A stretch of 64,000 nucleotides of DNA, from positions 145,591-209,590 of the forward strand of contig CAVPRU010000001.1 of assembly GCA_963707875.1 (NCBI GenBank), written 5' to 3'. Below, in pieces: positions 15,735 through 25,651 of this stretch. The notes under the pieces are model-generated. The model was not told the DNA's origin, searched no databases, and saw only the letters and a program-made list of their open reading frames with translations. This DNA comes from an uncultured Gemmatimonadales bacterium (GTDB lineage: Bacteria; Gemmatimonadota; Gemmatimonadetes; Gemmatimonadales; GWC2-71-9). Within the stretch, counting starts at the first letter, position 1. Each line of letters begins with the position of its first letter. Position numbers and translations under genes: made by a program.

Positions 15735-17857
15735 CGCGCCGCTCCAGCAGCGGTCCGGATGTCCGGATCCGAATGGTGCCGCGCCAGGGTCAGCACCGGG
15801 ACCACTGCCGGGTGCTCGGGCCATCTCGAGCGGAGGACTCCCAGAATGGCGAGGAGTTCGCCCGACCTGGGTCTCAGCGTGACTCGACGCAACCAGCGGG
15901 TGCGGGTTTGGGCTCGACGGACGAGCCAGTCACGCGCCAGCACGCTGGAGGTGGTCCCGATGGCGCGCACCCCGAGCGTGCGAAGATCATCATCAAGTTC
16001 ATCTTCCGCGAGATGGTTGAGGATCAGGGGGACCATGGGGGCCGGGCATCCCTCGGCGGCGGTGGCCAGGCCGGCCTGCAGAATCCCGGTGTCCGAGTCA
16101 CCCAGGGAGAGCTGGATCCCCTGATCCCGGAACTCCGGATGACGGAGCATCAGCCGGATCGCCTCCCGACGGAGCCGGAGTTCCTCCACCTTGGCATACG
16201 GGAGGGGTGAGAAGTCCGGAGGCCAGCCCTCGGTCAGCGACCCGAGCACCAGGAGGATGTTCCGCTGGAGATACCAGGGGGCCGCAGCCAGGGCGGCGAC
16301 CAAGGGGGGCGCCGCCTCTGGGCCAAGGGCCGTCAGCTGGTCGATCAATCGGCGGCGGATGGCGAGGTCATTCGCCGTCCCGAGGGCGTCCACCAGCGGC
16401 CCGACGGCGCCGAGTCCCAGCTGGGCGATGAGCCGCTCGATGACGCTGCGTTCCTCCTCCCGCCACCCGCGCCCCAGCAGGAGCCGCACTCGGGCAGGTG
16501 AGGCCAGGTGCTGCCAGAGGGCCGCGGAGGCGGCCGGGGCCGCGTCCTGGTGGTCGAGCAGGTTCAGCAGCTCCGGGAGGCTTCCCCCCACCGACGCAGC
16601 GATCCGATCCACCGCCGCCAGCACTCCGCTCCCCGAGTAATCGAGCTCGAGCGCCATCTGTACCATCCGGAAGGCCTCGGCCTCGTCCGCCTCACCCAGT
16701 TCCTCCTCGGCCGTGGAGGGGCGGGAGCGGCGGGACAGCAGCTCCAGCACCTGACGATGCGACCCGGGGTTCGGGTCGTCGAGCGTCCAGTCACTGACCA
16801 GCTGGCGCACCGCATCGCGCAGGGCCGTATCGGCGTCCGGGGCAATGGTCGTGTCGGACTCGGCGTGGGCGGCCAGCTTCGAGAGCACCCGGAGCAGCGC
16901 ATGGGAGATCGTCCGGGTACTCGCGTCGGCGGCCGCCTGGAGCAGGTCGAGAATGGCGTGGACAGGGAGGTGCTGGGAGGCGTCGAGGACCAGCTGCTTC
17001 CGCTGCGCGAGGTCGGCGCCAACCTCCAGCAGGGCGCGGAGGGTCTCCGGCTGGAGCTTCTCGAGGAGTTCGGCGAGACGGTCCCGGAGGATCACGGCCT
17101 CCTCGCCTTCCATCTCGGTGAGCTGATGGCTCAGGCGGGTCAGGTAGGCAACGATTGCCTGATCGTAGCTGGCCTCCCCGCGACGGGTTTCGATGGCGCT
17201 AACGAGACGATCGGGGTCCTCCAGGCCGGTGCCGTCCGTTCCGGACAGCCCTCCGGCACCGACCCCAGTGCTCTCCTCGCCTCCATGCAGCACCGCGGCG
17301 GCCAGGCCCAGCCAGAGCTCCAGGGCGACCACGGTGGCGGGATCATCGCTGTCGGCGAGAACGAGCCGGTCAAGGGCCAGGGGCTGGAGCCGGCAATGGG
17401 GCCACTGTCCCAGGGTTTCCGGAGGTTCGGCTCCCAGGGGCTTCCCGCGTCGCCATCCGTCGCTGCCCAGGGCCTCGAGCACGGCGCCGAGTTCGGGCAG
17501 TTCCGCCCCGCGATGGAAGGTGACGGTACCGATCTGGTGGCGATGGAGCCGTTGGGCCAGTTCGCGGAGAATGGCATTGCTCCCGTCGGTTGCGATCCCC
17601 TCCACAACCAGCTGTCGGCGGGCCACCGCGATCTTGAGCGTCTCCCGTTCCGCGAAGACCGGAAGGAGGCGCTGATGGAGCAGTCGTACGGCGGCGCCCA
17701 GGGCGGGGTGGCCAGCCGGATAGGTGTTGGTCTTGGAAAGGGCGATGGAAAACTGAACGAGGAAGACCGCGAGATCCCGGGGAATGGCCTTCCGGTCCTC
17801 CCGACGGGAGGTCGTCACTGGGGAAGGACCAGCCCCTGCCGGCGGCCCTGAAACCAT
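15731..17857 (-). CDS. HEAT-repeat protein with an N-terminal domain paralogous to that of the downstream HD-GYP protein
   Basis: 708-aa ORF. The C-terminal third has HEAT/armadillo-like repeats (AIRRRLIDQLTALGPEAAPPLVAAL..DPDIRTAAG). The N-terminus FLVQFSIALSKTNTYPAGHPALGAAV aligns with FLVAMGQALSTMMLYGVGHPSRQRAV of the HD-GYP protein. Confidence 0.7.
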   Translation of the reverse strand: MVSGPPAGAGPSPVTTSRREDRKAIPRDLAVFLVQFSIALSKTNTYPAGHPALGAAVRLLHQRLLPVFAERETLKIAVARRQLVVEGIATDGSNAILRELAQRLHRHQIGTVTFHRGAELPELGAVLEALGSDGWRRGKPLGAEPPETLGQWPHCRLQPLALDRLVLADSDDPATVVALELWLGLAAAVLHGGEESTGVGAGGLSGTDGTGLEDPDRLVSAIETRRGEASYDQAIVAYLTRLSHQLTEMEGEEAVILRDRLAELLEKLQPETLRALLEVGADLAQRKQLVLDASQHLPVHAILDLLQAAADASTRTISHALLRVLSKLAAHAESDTTIAPDADTALRDAVRQLVSDWTLDDPNPGSHRQVLELLSRRSRPSTAEEELGEADEAEAFRMVQMALELDYSGSGVLAAVDRIAASVGGSLPELLNLLDHQDAAPAASAALWQHLASPARVRLLLGRGWREEERSVIERLIAQLGLGAVGPLVDALGTANDLAIRRRLIDQLTALGPEAAPPLVAALAAAPWYLQRNILLVLGSLTEGWPPDFSPLPYAKVEELRLRREAIRLMLRHPEFRDQGIQLSLGDSDTGILQAGLATAAEGCPAPMVPLILNHLAEDELDDDLRTLGVRAIGTTSSVLARDWLVRRAQTRTRWLRRVTLRPRSGELLAILGVLRSRWPEHPAVVPVLTLARHHSDPDIRTAAGAAR

Positions 17858-18010
17858 CCGGAAACCTCGTCCGGTGGACGAAACCTGTGACCTGAAACGG
17901 CGGGACCCTCCAATCTATGGTAGCAACGGCGATTTGGGATAGAGGGGCACCCGGGATGAGGCCCGGAGAGTCGGTTGCCCGGAGTTGGATCCTCGGCCTG
18001 TGGGGGCGGC

Positions 18011-19057
18011 CTAGTAGTCGAGCGGCAGGGACACCGTTCGCCCATCCCGGGCCGACAGGTAGAGCCCGATCAGCAACTCCAGCGACCGCAGCCCCTCGCG
18101 ACCATCGGTGTCCGCCTGAGCCTTCCCCTGCAGCGTCTGGATCACGTTGTCATAGTAAAGCGGGTGTCCGGCCCCGTAGACCGAGGACGGCTGATAGTCT
18201 GCCTTGGCCACCAGTTCGTCATCGGGATCGCTGTCGGCAAACTGCCAGTGTTCGATCTGGTTGACTGCCACCCCACCCAACCGCACCGTCCCGCGTTCGC
18301 CCACCACGGTGATCCCGCCCTCGTAGTTCTTGGGATGGGTCAGCATGGTAACGCTCATCGTCCCCAGGGCCCCCGAGCGCCACCGGATGATCGCCACCCC
18401 GGTGTCCTCCACCTCGATCCGGCGCGCCAGAGTGGCGGTAAAGGCATGGACACTCTCGACCGGGCCGATCAGCCACTCCATCAGGTCGACGTAGTGACTG
18501 GCCTGGTTCATGAACGCCCCCCCGTCGAACTCCCAGGTGCCCCGCCAGTCGGCGCTGTCGTAGTAGGACTGGGGCCTGGTCCACAGCACCGACATCTGCA
18601 CCAGATAGATCCGGCCAAACCGACCCTTGTCGATCGCCCGCTTGAGCAGCTGGACCGTAGGGTTCCTCCGATTCTGCTTGACCACGAACAGCCGGACCCC
18701 GGCCCGGTCACAGGCCTCCACCATCGCCAGGCCGTCATGCCATCTGGTCGCCATCGGCTTCTCGGTCACGACGTGACGACCGGCCGCGGCCGCGGCAATT
18801 GCCTCCCGCGCATGCAGTCCACTGGGCGTAGCCAGCACCACACAGTCCACTTCGGCGCCGGCCAGCATGGCATCGATCGATGGGAAGCCTCGGGCCCCGG
18901 TGCGGGTTACCGCGCGCTCGAGCGCCGAGGAGTCCACATCGGCGACGGCCACCAGCTCCGCCTCCGACGCGTGGGCCTCGATGGCTTCGATATGTTTGTC
19001 CGCGATCCGTCCACACCCCACCAGTCCGAAGCGGATCTTTCGTCCGGCCACCGTCAT
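18011..19057 (-). CDS. Gfo/Idh/MocA family NAD(P)-dependent oxidoreductase
   Basis: N-terminal Rossmann signature IRFGLVGCGRIADKHIEAI. Length and layout are typical of the family. Its ATG overlaps the hflX stop (ATGA). Confidence 0.85.
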   Translation of the reverse strand: MTVAGRKIRFGLVGCGRIADKHIEAIEAHASEAELVAVADVDSSALERAVTRTGARGFPSIDAMLAGAEVDCVVLATPSGLHAREAIAAAAAGRHVVTEKPMATRWHDGLAMVEACDRAGVRLFVVKQNRRNPTVQLLKRAIDKGRFGRIYLVQMSVLWTRPQSYYDSADWRGTWEFDGGAFMNQASHYVDLMEWLIGPVESVHAFTATLARRIEVEDTGVAIIRWRSGALGTMSVTMLTHPKNYEGGITVVGERGTVRLGGVAVNQIEHWQFADSDPDDELVAKADYQPSSVYGAGHPLYYDNVIQTLQGKAQADTDGREGLRSLELLIGLYLSARDGRTVSLPLDY

Positions 19058-20319
19058 TCACTCCTCGCTTGGCGACGGGGAGCGGCGCCGTTGCCCCCGG
19101 TGAGCTGGGCGACCTGCCAGGGCTCGGCCCGGATCGTCAGCGCCACTTCCTCCCCCAGGTCTTCCCGGGAGACCACTTCTCCTGTCCGATAGGCCGCTGC
19201 CAGCCTGGCGCCGTCGGTGGCCGGGATCAGAATCCGGACCGCCGGCCGTAGCGCCGCCGCATGCCGGCGGAGCACCTCACGCAGGGCCCGCAGCCCGTCG
19301 GTCCGCATCGTCGTGGTCATGATCGAGTCGGGATAGAGCCCGGCCACCCGGTTGGCCACCGCCACCTCGTCCTCCACCAGATCGACCTTGTTGAAGAGCA
19401 TCAGGCCGGGGTGGTCGCCCATCCCCAGCTCGTTCAACACCCCGTGCACCACCTCGACATGCTCCTCCCAGTCAGGATGACTGACGTCCACCACGTGCAG
19501 CAGCAGGTCGGCCTCCCGACCCTCTTCCAATGTCGCCCGGAAACTCGCCACCAGGTGGTGGGGCAGCTTCCGGATGAACCCCACCGTGTCACTGATCCTG
19601 GCCCGCAGGCCCTCCCCCAGATCGATCTCCCGGGTCAGGGTATCAAGGGTGGCAAAGAGCCGGTCCTCGACCACAATGTCGTGTTCCCCGGTCAGCGCCC
19701 GCAGAATGCTCGACTTGCCAGCGTTGGTATACCCCACGATCGCCGCGGTCAGCATCGGCTGGCGCCCAGCCCGGACCGTCCGGCGGTGTTGCTCCACCGA
19801 CGTCAGCTTGTCCTTCAGGTGCTGGATCTTCTTCCGGATCATCCGGCGGTCGGTTTCCAGCTGGGTTTCGCCCGGGCCGCGCAGACCGATACCGCCCCGG
19901 ATCCGGGAAAGGTGGGTCCACATCCGGGTGAGACGCGGGAGCAGGTACTCCAACTGCGCCAACTCGACCTGCAGCTTGGCCTCATGGGACTTGGCCCGGG
20001 TCGAGAAGATATCGAGAATCAGCTCGGCCCTGTCCATCACCCGGGACTTCAGCTCCCGCTCCAGGTTGGCGCCCTGGACCGGGGTAAGTTCCTCGTCAAA
20101 CACCACCAGCGTGGCGCCCAGCTCCAGGATCAGCAGCCGCAGCTCCTCGACCTTCCCCTCCCCGATCAGGGTGGCTGCGCTGCGGGTCACGACCTGTTGC
20201 GACAGCCGCCCGACCACCTCGCCACCGGCGGTGTCCACCAGCTCGGCCAGCTCATCGAGATGCTCGTTGAGGCTCGCGACGTCCCGGGACCCCTTGCGGG
20301 GTGCGGCGACCAGGATCAC
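19054..20319 (-). CDS. hflX: GTPase HflX
   Basis: LQVELAQLEYLLPRL..GGIGLRGPGETQLETDRR..VGYTNAGKSSILRALTG..DTVGFI..NKVD (HflX N-domain plus G1-G4 motifs). GTG start. Confidence 0.9.
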   Translation of the reverse strand: MILVAAPRKGSRDVASLNEHLDELAELVDTAGGEVVGRLSQQVVTRSAATLIGEGKVEELRLLILELGATLVVFDEELTPVQGANLERELKSRVMDRAELILDIFSTRAKSHEAKLQVELAQLEYLLPRLTRMWTHLSRIRGGIGLRGPGETQLETDRRMIRKKIQHLKDKLTSVEQHRRTVRAGRQPMLTAAIVGYTNAGKSSILRALTGEHDIVVEDRLFATLDTLTREIDLGEGLRARISDTVGFIRKLPHHLVASFRATLEEGREADLLLHVVDVSHPDWEEHVEVVHGVLNELGMGDHPGLMLFNKVDLVEDEVAVANRVAGLYPDSIMTTTMRTDGLRALREVLRRHAAALRPAVRILIPATDGARLAAAYRTGEVVSREDLGEEVALTIRAEPWQVAQLTGGNGAAPRRQARSE

Positions 20320-20401
20320 CCGCTCGGCGGGGTCACGGACGTTGATCAGATCAGGAATGCGGTGCGCTCCGTTCGAGTGGGGCTGTCTGGAAAATAGTGC
20401 C

Positions 20402-21691
20402 TCATCGCTGCCGACGCTCCGCCCACCACGCCAGCCGCTCGGCGACCCGCTTCTCGTACCCCCGGTCGCCCGGCCGGTAGAACTCCAGCCCGGCGACCCG
20501 TTCCGGCAGATAGCGCTGGTCGACGAATCCGGTCGGATCGTCGTGGGGGTACTGATATTCGGCGCCGTACCCCATGTCCTTCATCATTCGGGTCGGGGCG
20601 TTCCGGAGATGAATCGGCACCGGTTCGGCCAGCGTCTCCCGGGCCGCGGCAAGGGCGGCCTGCAGCGCCAGCACGGTGGAGTTGGACTTGGGCGCGGTGG
20701 CGAGATAGATGGTCATCTCGGCCAGCGGCAGGTAGCCCTCGGGTGGGCCCAGCATGTGGAAGGCGTCTCGGGCCGCGACCGCCAGCCGCAGGGCGTCCGG
20801 ATCGGCGAGGCCGATATCCTCGGCGGCCATCGCGATCGCCCGCCGGAAGATGGTCATCGGGTCCTCTCCACCCTCCAGCATCCGCGCCATCCAGTACAGC
20901 GCGGCCTGCGGGTCGCTCCCGCGCAGGGACTTGTGATACGCGGAGAGGATGTTGAAATGCTCCTCGCCCGTCTTGTCATGCACTGGCATCCGGCGGGCGA
21001 GGGCCTGGGCGACCAGCTCCCGATCGATGGTGCCCCGCGGCCCCACGCTCTGGGCACAGGCCTCGAGGACGGTGAGGGAGCGTCGGGCATCGCCGGCCCC
21101 CTGCTCGGCCAGGAGGTCAAGCGCCCCCGGCTCCAGCACCAGGTTGAGCGCACCCAACCCCCGATCGCGGTCGGACAGGGCGGTCGCGATGAGGCGTCGC
21201 AAGTCATCAGGGCCCAGGGCCTCGAGCACGAACACCCGGGTCCGGCTGAGCAACGCCCCGTTGAGTTCGAAGCTCGGGTTCTCCGTGGTGGCGCCGATCA
21301 GAGTGACGGTCCCCCGTTCGACGTGGGGGAGAAAGGCGTCCTGCTGGCCCCGGTTGAATCGGTGAATCTCGTCACAGAAGAGGATGGTCCCGCGACCCAA
21401 TGCCCGTCGCCCCTCGGCGTCCCGGATGATCTCCCGCACCCGCTGGACACCCTCGGTGGCAGCGCTGAAGGACACGAACTCGCGGTCGGTGTAGCGGGCG
21501 ATCAGATAGGCCAACGAGGTCTTGCCGCTTCCCGGTGGCCCCCAGAAGATCACCGAGCCGATGGTGCCCCGGCGAATCGCCTCGCCGAGGGCCTTCCCTT
21601 CCCCGAGCAGATGGGCCTGCCCGACGTACTCCTCCAGAGTGCTCGGCCGCATCCGGGCAGCCAGCGGGGCCGGTACCTCGAACAGGCTCAC
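20402..21691 (-). CDS. rarA: Replication-associated recombination protein A (AAA+ ATPase)
   Basis: The track ORF 20402..22351 is over-extended across the ZIP gene. Conserved RarA starts at VSLFEVPAPLAARMRPSTLEEYVGQ (GTG 21691, GTGA overlap with the ZIP stop). Walker A is GPPGSGKTS and Walker B is ILFCDEIHRFN. Confidence 0.9.
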   Translation of the reverse strand: MSLFEVPAPLAARMRPSTLEEYVGQAHLLGEGKALGEAIRRGTIGSVIFWGPPGSGKTSLAYLIARYTDREFVSFSAATEGVQRVREIIRDAEGRRALGRGTILFCDEIHRFNRGQQDAFLPHVERGTVTLIGATTENPSFELNGALLSRTRVFVLEALGPDDLRRLIATALSDRDRGLGALNLVLEPGALDLLAEQGAGDARRSLTVLEACAQSVGPRGTIDRELVAQALARRMPVHDKTGEEHFNILSAYHKSLRGSDPQAALYWMARMLEGGEDPMTIFRRAIAMAAEDIGLADPDALRLAVAARDAFHMLGPPEGYLPLAEMTIYLATAPKSNSTVLALQAALAAARETLAEPVPIHLRNAPTRMMKDMGYGAEYQYPHDDPTGFVDQRYLPERVAGLEFYRPGDRGYEKRVAERLAWWAERRQR

Positions 21692-22410
21692 CCCCGGTGG
21701 TCCGCCAGCAGGTTGAGCAGCAGGACCGCGAGGGCACCACCAAAGAAGGCCGCCGGAACCACCCAGCCCCGTCGCCCCTGAATCTCCGGCACCAGGTTTG
21801 ACGCGGCCACATAGAGGGTGACGCCGGCCGCGATCGCCAGTCCATGCTGCCTGAGGGGCGCCGCCAGGCCGGTCACCAGAACCCCCAGCACAGTGGCGGC
21901 TCCGAGCACCCCGGCCGCCCGAAGCGCGGCACCAGCGGATCGCCCACTCGCCAGGTAGACGCTGCCGATGGCCACCCCTTCCGGGAGCTTGTGCAGCAGC
22001 ACCGCCAGGAAGAGCATCGTGCCCAGGGCCTGTGACTCGATAAACCCGCTGGCGATGGCCACGCCGTCGAAAAACGAGTGGAGCGAGAGCCCGAGCAGCG
22101 CGCTGGTGGCCGCCACCGCGCTCACGTCGTGGGTCTCCTCCCCGAAGTGGAAGTGGGGCGTCAGGACATGCTGAGCGAGATGGACCAGCAGGTAGCCACC
22201 CAGAACCAGCAGCGGGGCCCACGACGCTCCGGTGGCCAACACCGGCGGCATCACTCCGACCAGCACCACCGCGAGCATGAAGCCTGCCCCGAAGGCCAGG
22301 CTGGCATCGATGGCGGTAAGGCCCGTCCTCCGTTGACGCACGACGGCCCACGCCCCGGTCAGATTGCCGAGCGCGGCAACGACGGCCAGCCAGAGTGGCA
22401 TCAACGCCAT
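21688..22410 (-). CDS. ZIP family divalent-metal transporter (ZupT-like)
   Basis: Polytopic membrane protein with HSFFDGVAI and LLHKLPEGVAIG signature helices. Confidence 0.85.
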   Translation of the reverse strand: MALMPLWLAVVAALGNLTGAWAVVRQRRTGLTAIDASLAFGAGFMLAVVLVGVMPPVLATGASWAPLLVLGGYLLVHLAQHVLTPHFHFGEETHDVSAVAATSALLGLSLHSFFDGVAIASGFIESQALGTMLFLAVLLHKLPEGVAIGSVYLASGRSAGAALRAAGVLGAATVLGVLVTGLAAPLRQHGLAIAAGVTLYVAASNLVPEIQGRRGWVVPAAFFGGALAVLLLNLLADHRG

Positions 22411-23582
22411 CCGATCACCAGGGCGCTCAGCGCGTCTTCGGTGTTGAGCTCGGGTCGCTCGATGACGGCGTCCAGCAGCCGATCGAGCATGACGCCGATC
22501 TCCGGTCCGCGCGGCACCCCGAGCTGCTGCAGGGCGTGACCCGACAGCGCCAGCGATTTCCGATTGGTTGGTTCTCCCCGGGACCGGACCCCCGACATGA
22601 CCTCCGCCCAGCCCGGCGCGACACCGGCCCGCCAGGTGGCACGCAGCAGAAGATCATCCGCCGCCGAGCCGACCTCCCGGAGCCACCGACGGACCGCCAC
22701 CGGCTGGTGGTCCGCGGGACCTCTCGGCAACCGATCGAGGGCGGCCCCCCGGGCAATCTCCTCATTGGAGGCCTTGAGCCGCCGGAGGACCGCCGCGGCC
22801 TGCCCGGTGAGCAGACTGGTCAGCACCACGAGGTCCCGGGGGTGCGACCCTGCGGGCACCGGTTCCGCCACGGCCAGTTCGGGAAGCCAGACGTCGGCCG
22901 CGCCGCTGTCGCGCCAGAGCCGCACCAGCACCTCCACCGTTCGGGTGGTACCCAACCCCTTGGTCCACTCATCCCGCACCCGCTCGGCGCTGATCCCCGC
23001 CAATCCCGGGGCGAGCTGCTGTGCGGCGCTCCACGTTTCCGGTTCGATGGCAAAGTCGAATCGGGCGGCAAACCGCAGGGCCCGGAGGATCCGGAGGTAG
23101 TCCTCCCGAAACCGGTCGGCTGCCACCCCCACGGCCCGCACCACCCGCCGAGCAATGTCGCCCCGCCCATCGAACGGGTCGCACCACTCGCGACGGACCG
23201 GATGGTAGGCGATCGCGTTGATCGTGAAGTCCCGGCGAGCCAGATCCTCCTCCAGCGACACGCCAAAGCGGACCACCGCATGCCGGCCATCGGTTTCCAC
23301 GTCAGCCCGGAAGGTGGTCACCTCGTGCAGCCGTCCCTGGCGATCGAGCACCCCCACTGTGCCGTGGTCGACTCCCACCCCGACGGTGTGCTTGAACAGT
23401 CGGAGCACCTCCGGTGGTTCCGCCGCCGTGGCCAGGTCCACGTCGCTCAGGGGATCCCTCAGAATCCGGTCCCGGATCGCTCCCCCGACGGCCCAGGTTT
23501 CGAACCCGGCCGCTTCGAGCGTGGTGACGATCTCCAGCACCTCTGGCTCGAGCGTCAAGGCCGGAAACCCGGAATCAGCCAC
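22401..23582 (-). CDS. cca: CCA-adding enzyme / tRNA nucleotidyltransferase family protein
   Basis: GGAIRDRIL..DVDLAT..RADVETDGRH..EEDLARRDFTINAIAY (class II nucleotidyltransferase head domain). This fits both tRNA genes in the window lacking an encoded CCA. Confidence 0.8.
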   Translation of the reverse strand: MADSGFPALTLEPEVLEIVTTLEAAGFETWAVGGAIRDRILRDPLSDVDLATAAEPPEVLRLFKHTVGVGVDHGTVGVLDRQGRLHEVTTFRADVETDGRHAVVRFGVSLEEDLARRDFTINAIAYHPVRREWCDPFDGRGDIARRVVRAVGVAADRFREDYLRILRALRFAARFDFAIEPETWSAAQQLAPGLAGISAERVRDEWTKGLGTTRTVEVLVRLWRDSGAADVWLPELAVAEPVPAGSHPRDLVVLTSLLTGQAAAVLRRLKASNEEIARGAALDRLPRGPADHQPVAVRRWLREVGSAADDLLLRATWRAGVAPGWAEVMSGVRSRGEPTNRKSLALSGHALQQLGVPRGPEIGVMLDRLLDAVIERPELNTEDALSALVIGWR

Positions 23583-24327
23583 AGAGCACGCTGCCCCCGT
23601 TCACGTTGAGAATCTCCCCGGTGATGTGCCTCGCCAGGTCGCTGCAGAGGAAGAGGATTGGACCCGCCAGATCTTCGGCCGGTGGAATCCGCTGGAGCGG
23701 AATCGTGGCCGTAATCCGGTCCCGGGCATCTCCCTCCAGCGCCGACCAGCTCATCTCGGTGTCGACCCAGCCGGGCGCCACGCTGTTGACGGTGATGCCC
23801 GGGGCACACTCGATCGCCAGCGACTTGGTCACCGAGATCAAGGCGCCCTTGGTCGCCGCGTAGTCGGCGTGAAAGGCCTCGCCCCGCTGGCCGGCGGTGC
23901 TGGTCACGATCACCACCTGGCCTCCCGTGCGGATATGCGGAATGGCCGCGCGCAGGGTGTAGAAAACCCCGTCGAGGTTGGCGGCAAGGGTGTGGCGCCA
24001 CCGGGCATCGTCCATTCCGGCCAGGGCGGTCTCCTCGGTCGGCCAGATGCCGTGGTTGGCCACGAAACTGTCCAACCCGCCGAGTTGGCCGACCAGGCCC
24101 CCAATCACCGTGGCAGCCACTGCGGGATTGCCGAGATCCCCGCCCGCTGCGAATCCCCGACGGCCCTGCGCCGTGATCTCTTTGACGACCGCCTCCGCAT
24201 CGGCCCCACGGCGGTGATAGGTGATCGCCACATCGGCGCCGGCTCGGGCAAAGAGCAGCGCGGCCGCCCGGCCGATGCCGCGCGACCCACCGGTGATGAG
24301 GACCTTCCGACCCCTCAGATCGATCAT
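23575..24327 (-). CDS. Short-chain dehydrogenase/reductase (FabG-like)
   Basis: The true start is MIDLRGRKVLITGGSRGIGRA (ATG 24327, ATGA overlap with the upstream stop). The catalytic YxxxK is in HADYAATKGAL. The track start 24570 is an over-extension. Confidence 0.85.
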   Translation of the reverse strand: MIDLRGRKVLITGGSRGIGRAAALLFARAGADVAITYHRRGADAEAVVKEITAQGRRGFAAGGDLGNPAVAATVIGGLVGQLGGLDSFVANHGIWPTEETALAGMDDARWRHTLAANLDGVFYTLRAAIPHIRTGGQVVIVTSTAGQRGEAFHADYAATKGALISVTKSLAIECAPGITVNSVAPGWVDTEMSWSALEGDARDRITATIPLQRIPPAEDLAGPILFLCSDLARHITGEILNVNGGSVLCG

Positions 24328-24890
24328 GCCTGCTCCTCCATTAGGCCGGCGATGATGTGCTCCGCGGCCAGGTGAATCTCCTGAATCCGACTCGTCTCGT
24401 CGGACGGAACGATGAAACTCAGGTCGGCCAGCCCGGCAAGCTGCCCTCCCCCCTTGCCCAGAAACGCCACCACCCCGGTCCCGGCAGCATGGGCCGCCCG
24501 CGCGGCGGCCAGCAGGTTCTCGCTCTCGCCACTGGTACTGTGCAGGATCAGCAGATCCTGGGGCCCGCACAGCGCCTCAACCTGCCGGGCGAACACCTGG
24601 TCGAACCCGAGGTCATTGCCGGCCGCGGTCAGCACGCTCGAATCGGTGGTCAGTGCCAGCGCGGCCAAGGCCCGGCGTCCGGGGCGGAGGTACCGCACCA
24701 GGTATTCGGCTGCCACGTGCTGGGCATCCGCGGCGCTGCCACCGTTGCCGGCAAAGTACAGGGTGCCGCCTCGCGCGAGGGTGTCCTGGTAGCGGTGGGC
24801 GATCGCCAGCAGTTGGTCAGCCTGTCCCGCCGAGTCCCGTGCGACCGTCGCCAACTGTTCGAGCCCATGGTGTATGGCTTGGCGATCCAT
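24324..24890 (-). CDS. SIS-domain sugar-phosphate isomerase (GmhA/phosphoheptose isomerase-like)
   Basis: Conserved sequence starts at MDRQAIHH (ATG 24890): LYFAGNGGSAADAQHVAAE..LLILHSTSGESENL..EIHLAAEHII. The track start 25208 is an over-extension. Confidence 0.75.
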   Translation of the reverse strand: MDRQAIHHGLEQLATVARDSAGQADQLLAIAHRYQDTLARGGTLYFAGNGGSAADAQHVAAEYLVRYLRPGRRALAALALTTDSSVLTAAGNDLGFDQVFARQVEALCGPQDLLILHSTSGESENLLAAARAAHAAGTGVVAFLGKGGGQLAGLADLSFIVPSDETSRIQEIHLAAEHIIAGLMEEQA

Positions 24891-25651
24891 CACTCCTCCG
24901 GGTTCAGGAGTTGGCGCAGCCTGACCAGCAACGGCTGTTTGATGGCGAAGGGCGGCACCGGGGTCAGCTCGCCGCCGGCGAGAATGGCGGTCGGGTTGCC
25001 ACGGGCGAGCAGATCCGCCTGCTCGTGTCCGCCGAGCTCGGAGAGGGCCAGGAAGGCATCCGGCAACAGCCGGGAGTCTCCATGGTTGTCGCCCGCCAGG
25101 ATGTCCCCCAACCCGGCGGCCAGGAGTGCCCGCGCCCGATCGCCCCGGGTCCTCGGTTGGAACAGGGTGCGAGCATCCAGCTGCATCCGGGCCCCGGCCG
25201 CCTTCCACCGCGCGACAACCTCCGGGGTACAGCAGGTATATCGCTCAGGGTGCGCCAACAGCGGAACCAGGCCGCACTGGGTCACCTGCGACAAGGCGTT
25301 CAGCGCGGCGGGCGGCGCGATCGAGTTGGGGAATTCCACCAGCAGGTACCGCGACTTCCCGAGCCGGAGTTCGGCATGATCTGCGGCCTCCACCGGAAAA
25401 GGCCGGTCGAGCATCAACTCCACCCCGCGAAGGAGCTTGATCCCCTCGGGAATGGCCGGCTTGAGTCGCTCCCAGGCCTCGTCGTGCGCCGGCGGAATGC
25501 CCCGCCCGATCCGGCTGGCCAGGAAGTGCGGAGTCAGGCAGAGTTGGGTGACTCCACGCTGAGCCATTTTCCGGAGCACGTTGACCGACTGCTCCACCGT
25601 GCGAGAGCCGTCATCGACCCCCGGAAGGAGATGTGAGTGGAGGTCAATCAC
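24890..25651 (-). CDS. PHP-family protein-tyrosine phosphatase (CpsB/YwqE-like)
   Basis: MIDLHSHLLPGVDDGSRT..LTPHF..LLAHPERY..AGDNHG (metal-binding His/Asp pattern of CpsB-type phosphatases). Confidence 0.7.
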   Translation of the reverse strand: MIDLHSHLLPGVDDGSRTVEQSVNVLRKMAQRGVTQLCLTPHFLASRIGRGIPPAHDEAWERLKPAIPEGIKLLRGVELMLDRPFPVEAADHAELRLGKSRYLLVEFPNSIAPPAALNALSQVTQCGLVPLLAHPERYTCCTPEVVARWKAAGARMQLDARTLFQPRTRGDRARALLAAGLGDILAGDNHGDSRLLPDAFLALSELGGHEQADLLARGNPTAILAGGELTPVPPFAIKQPLLVRLRQLLNPEE

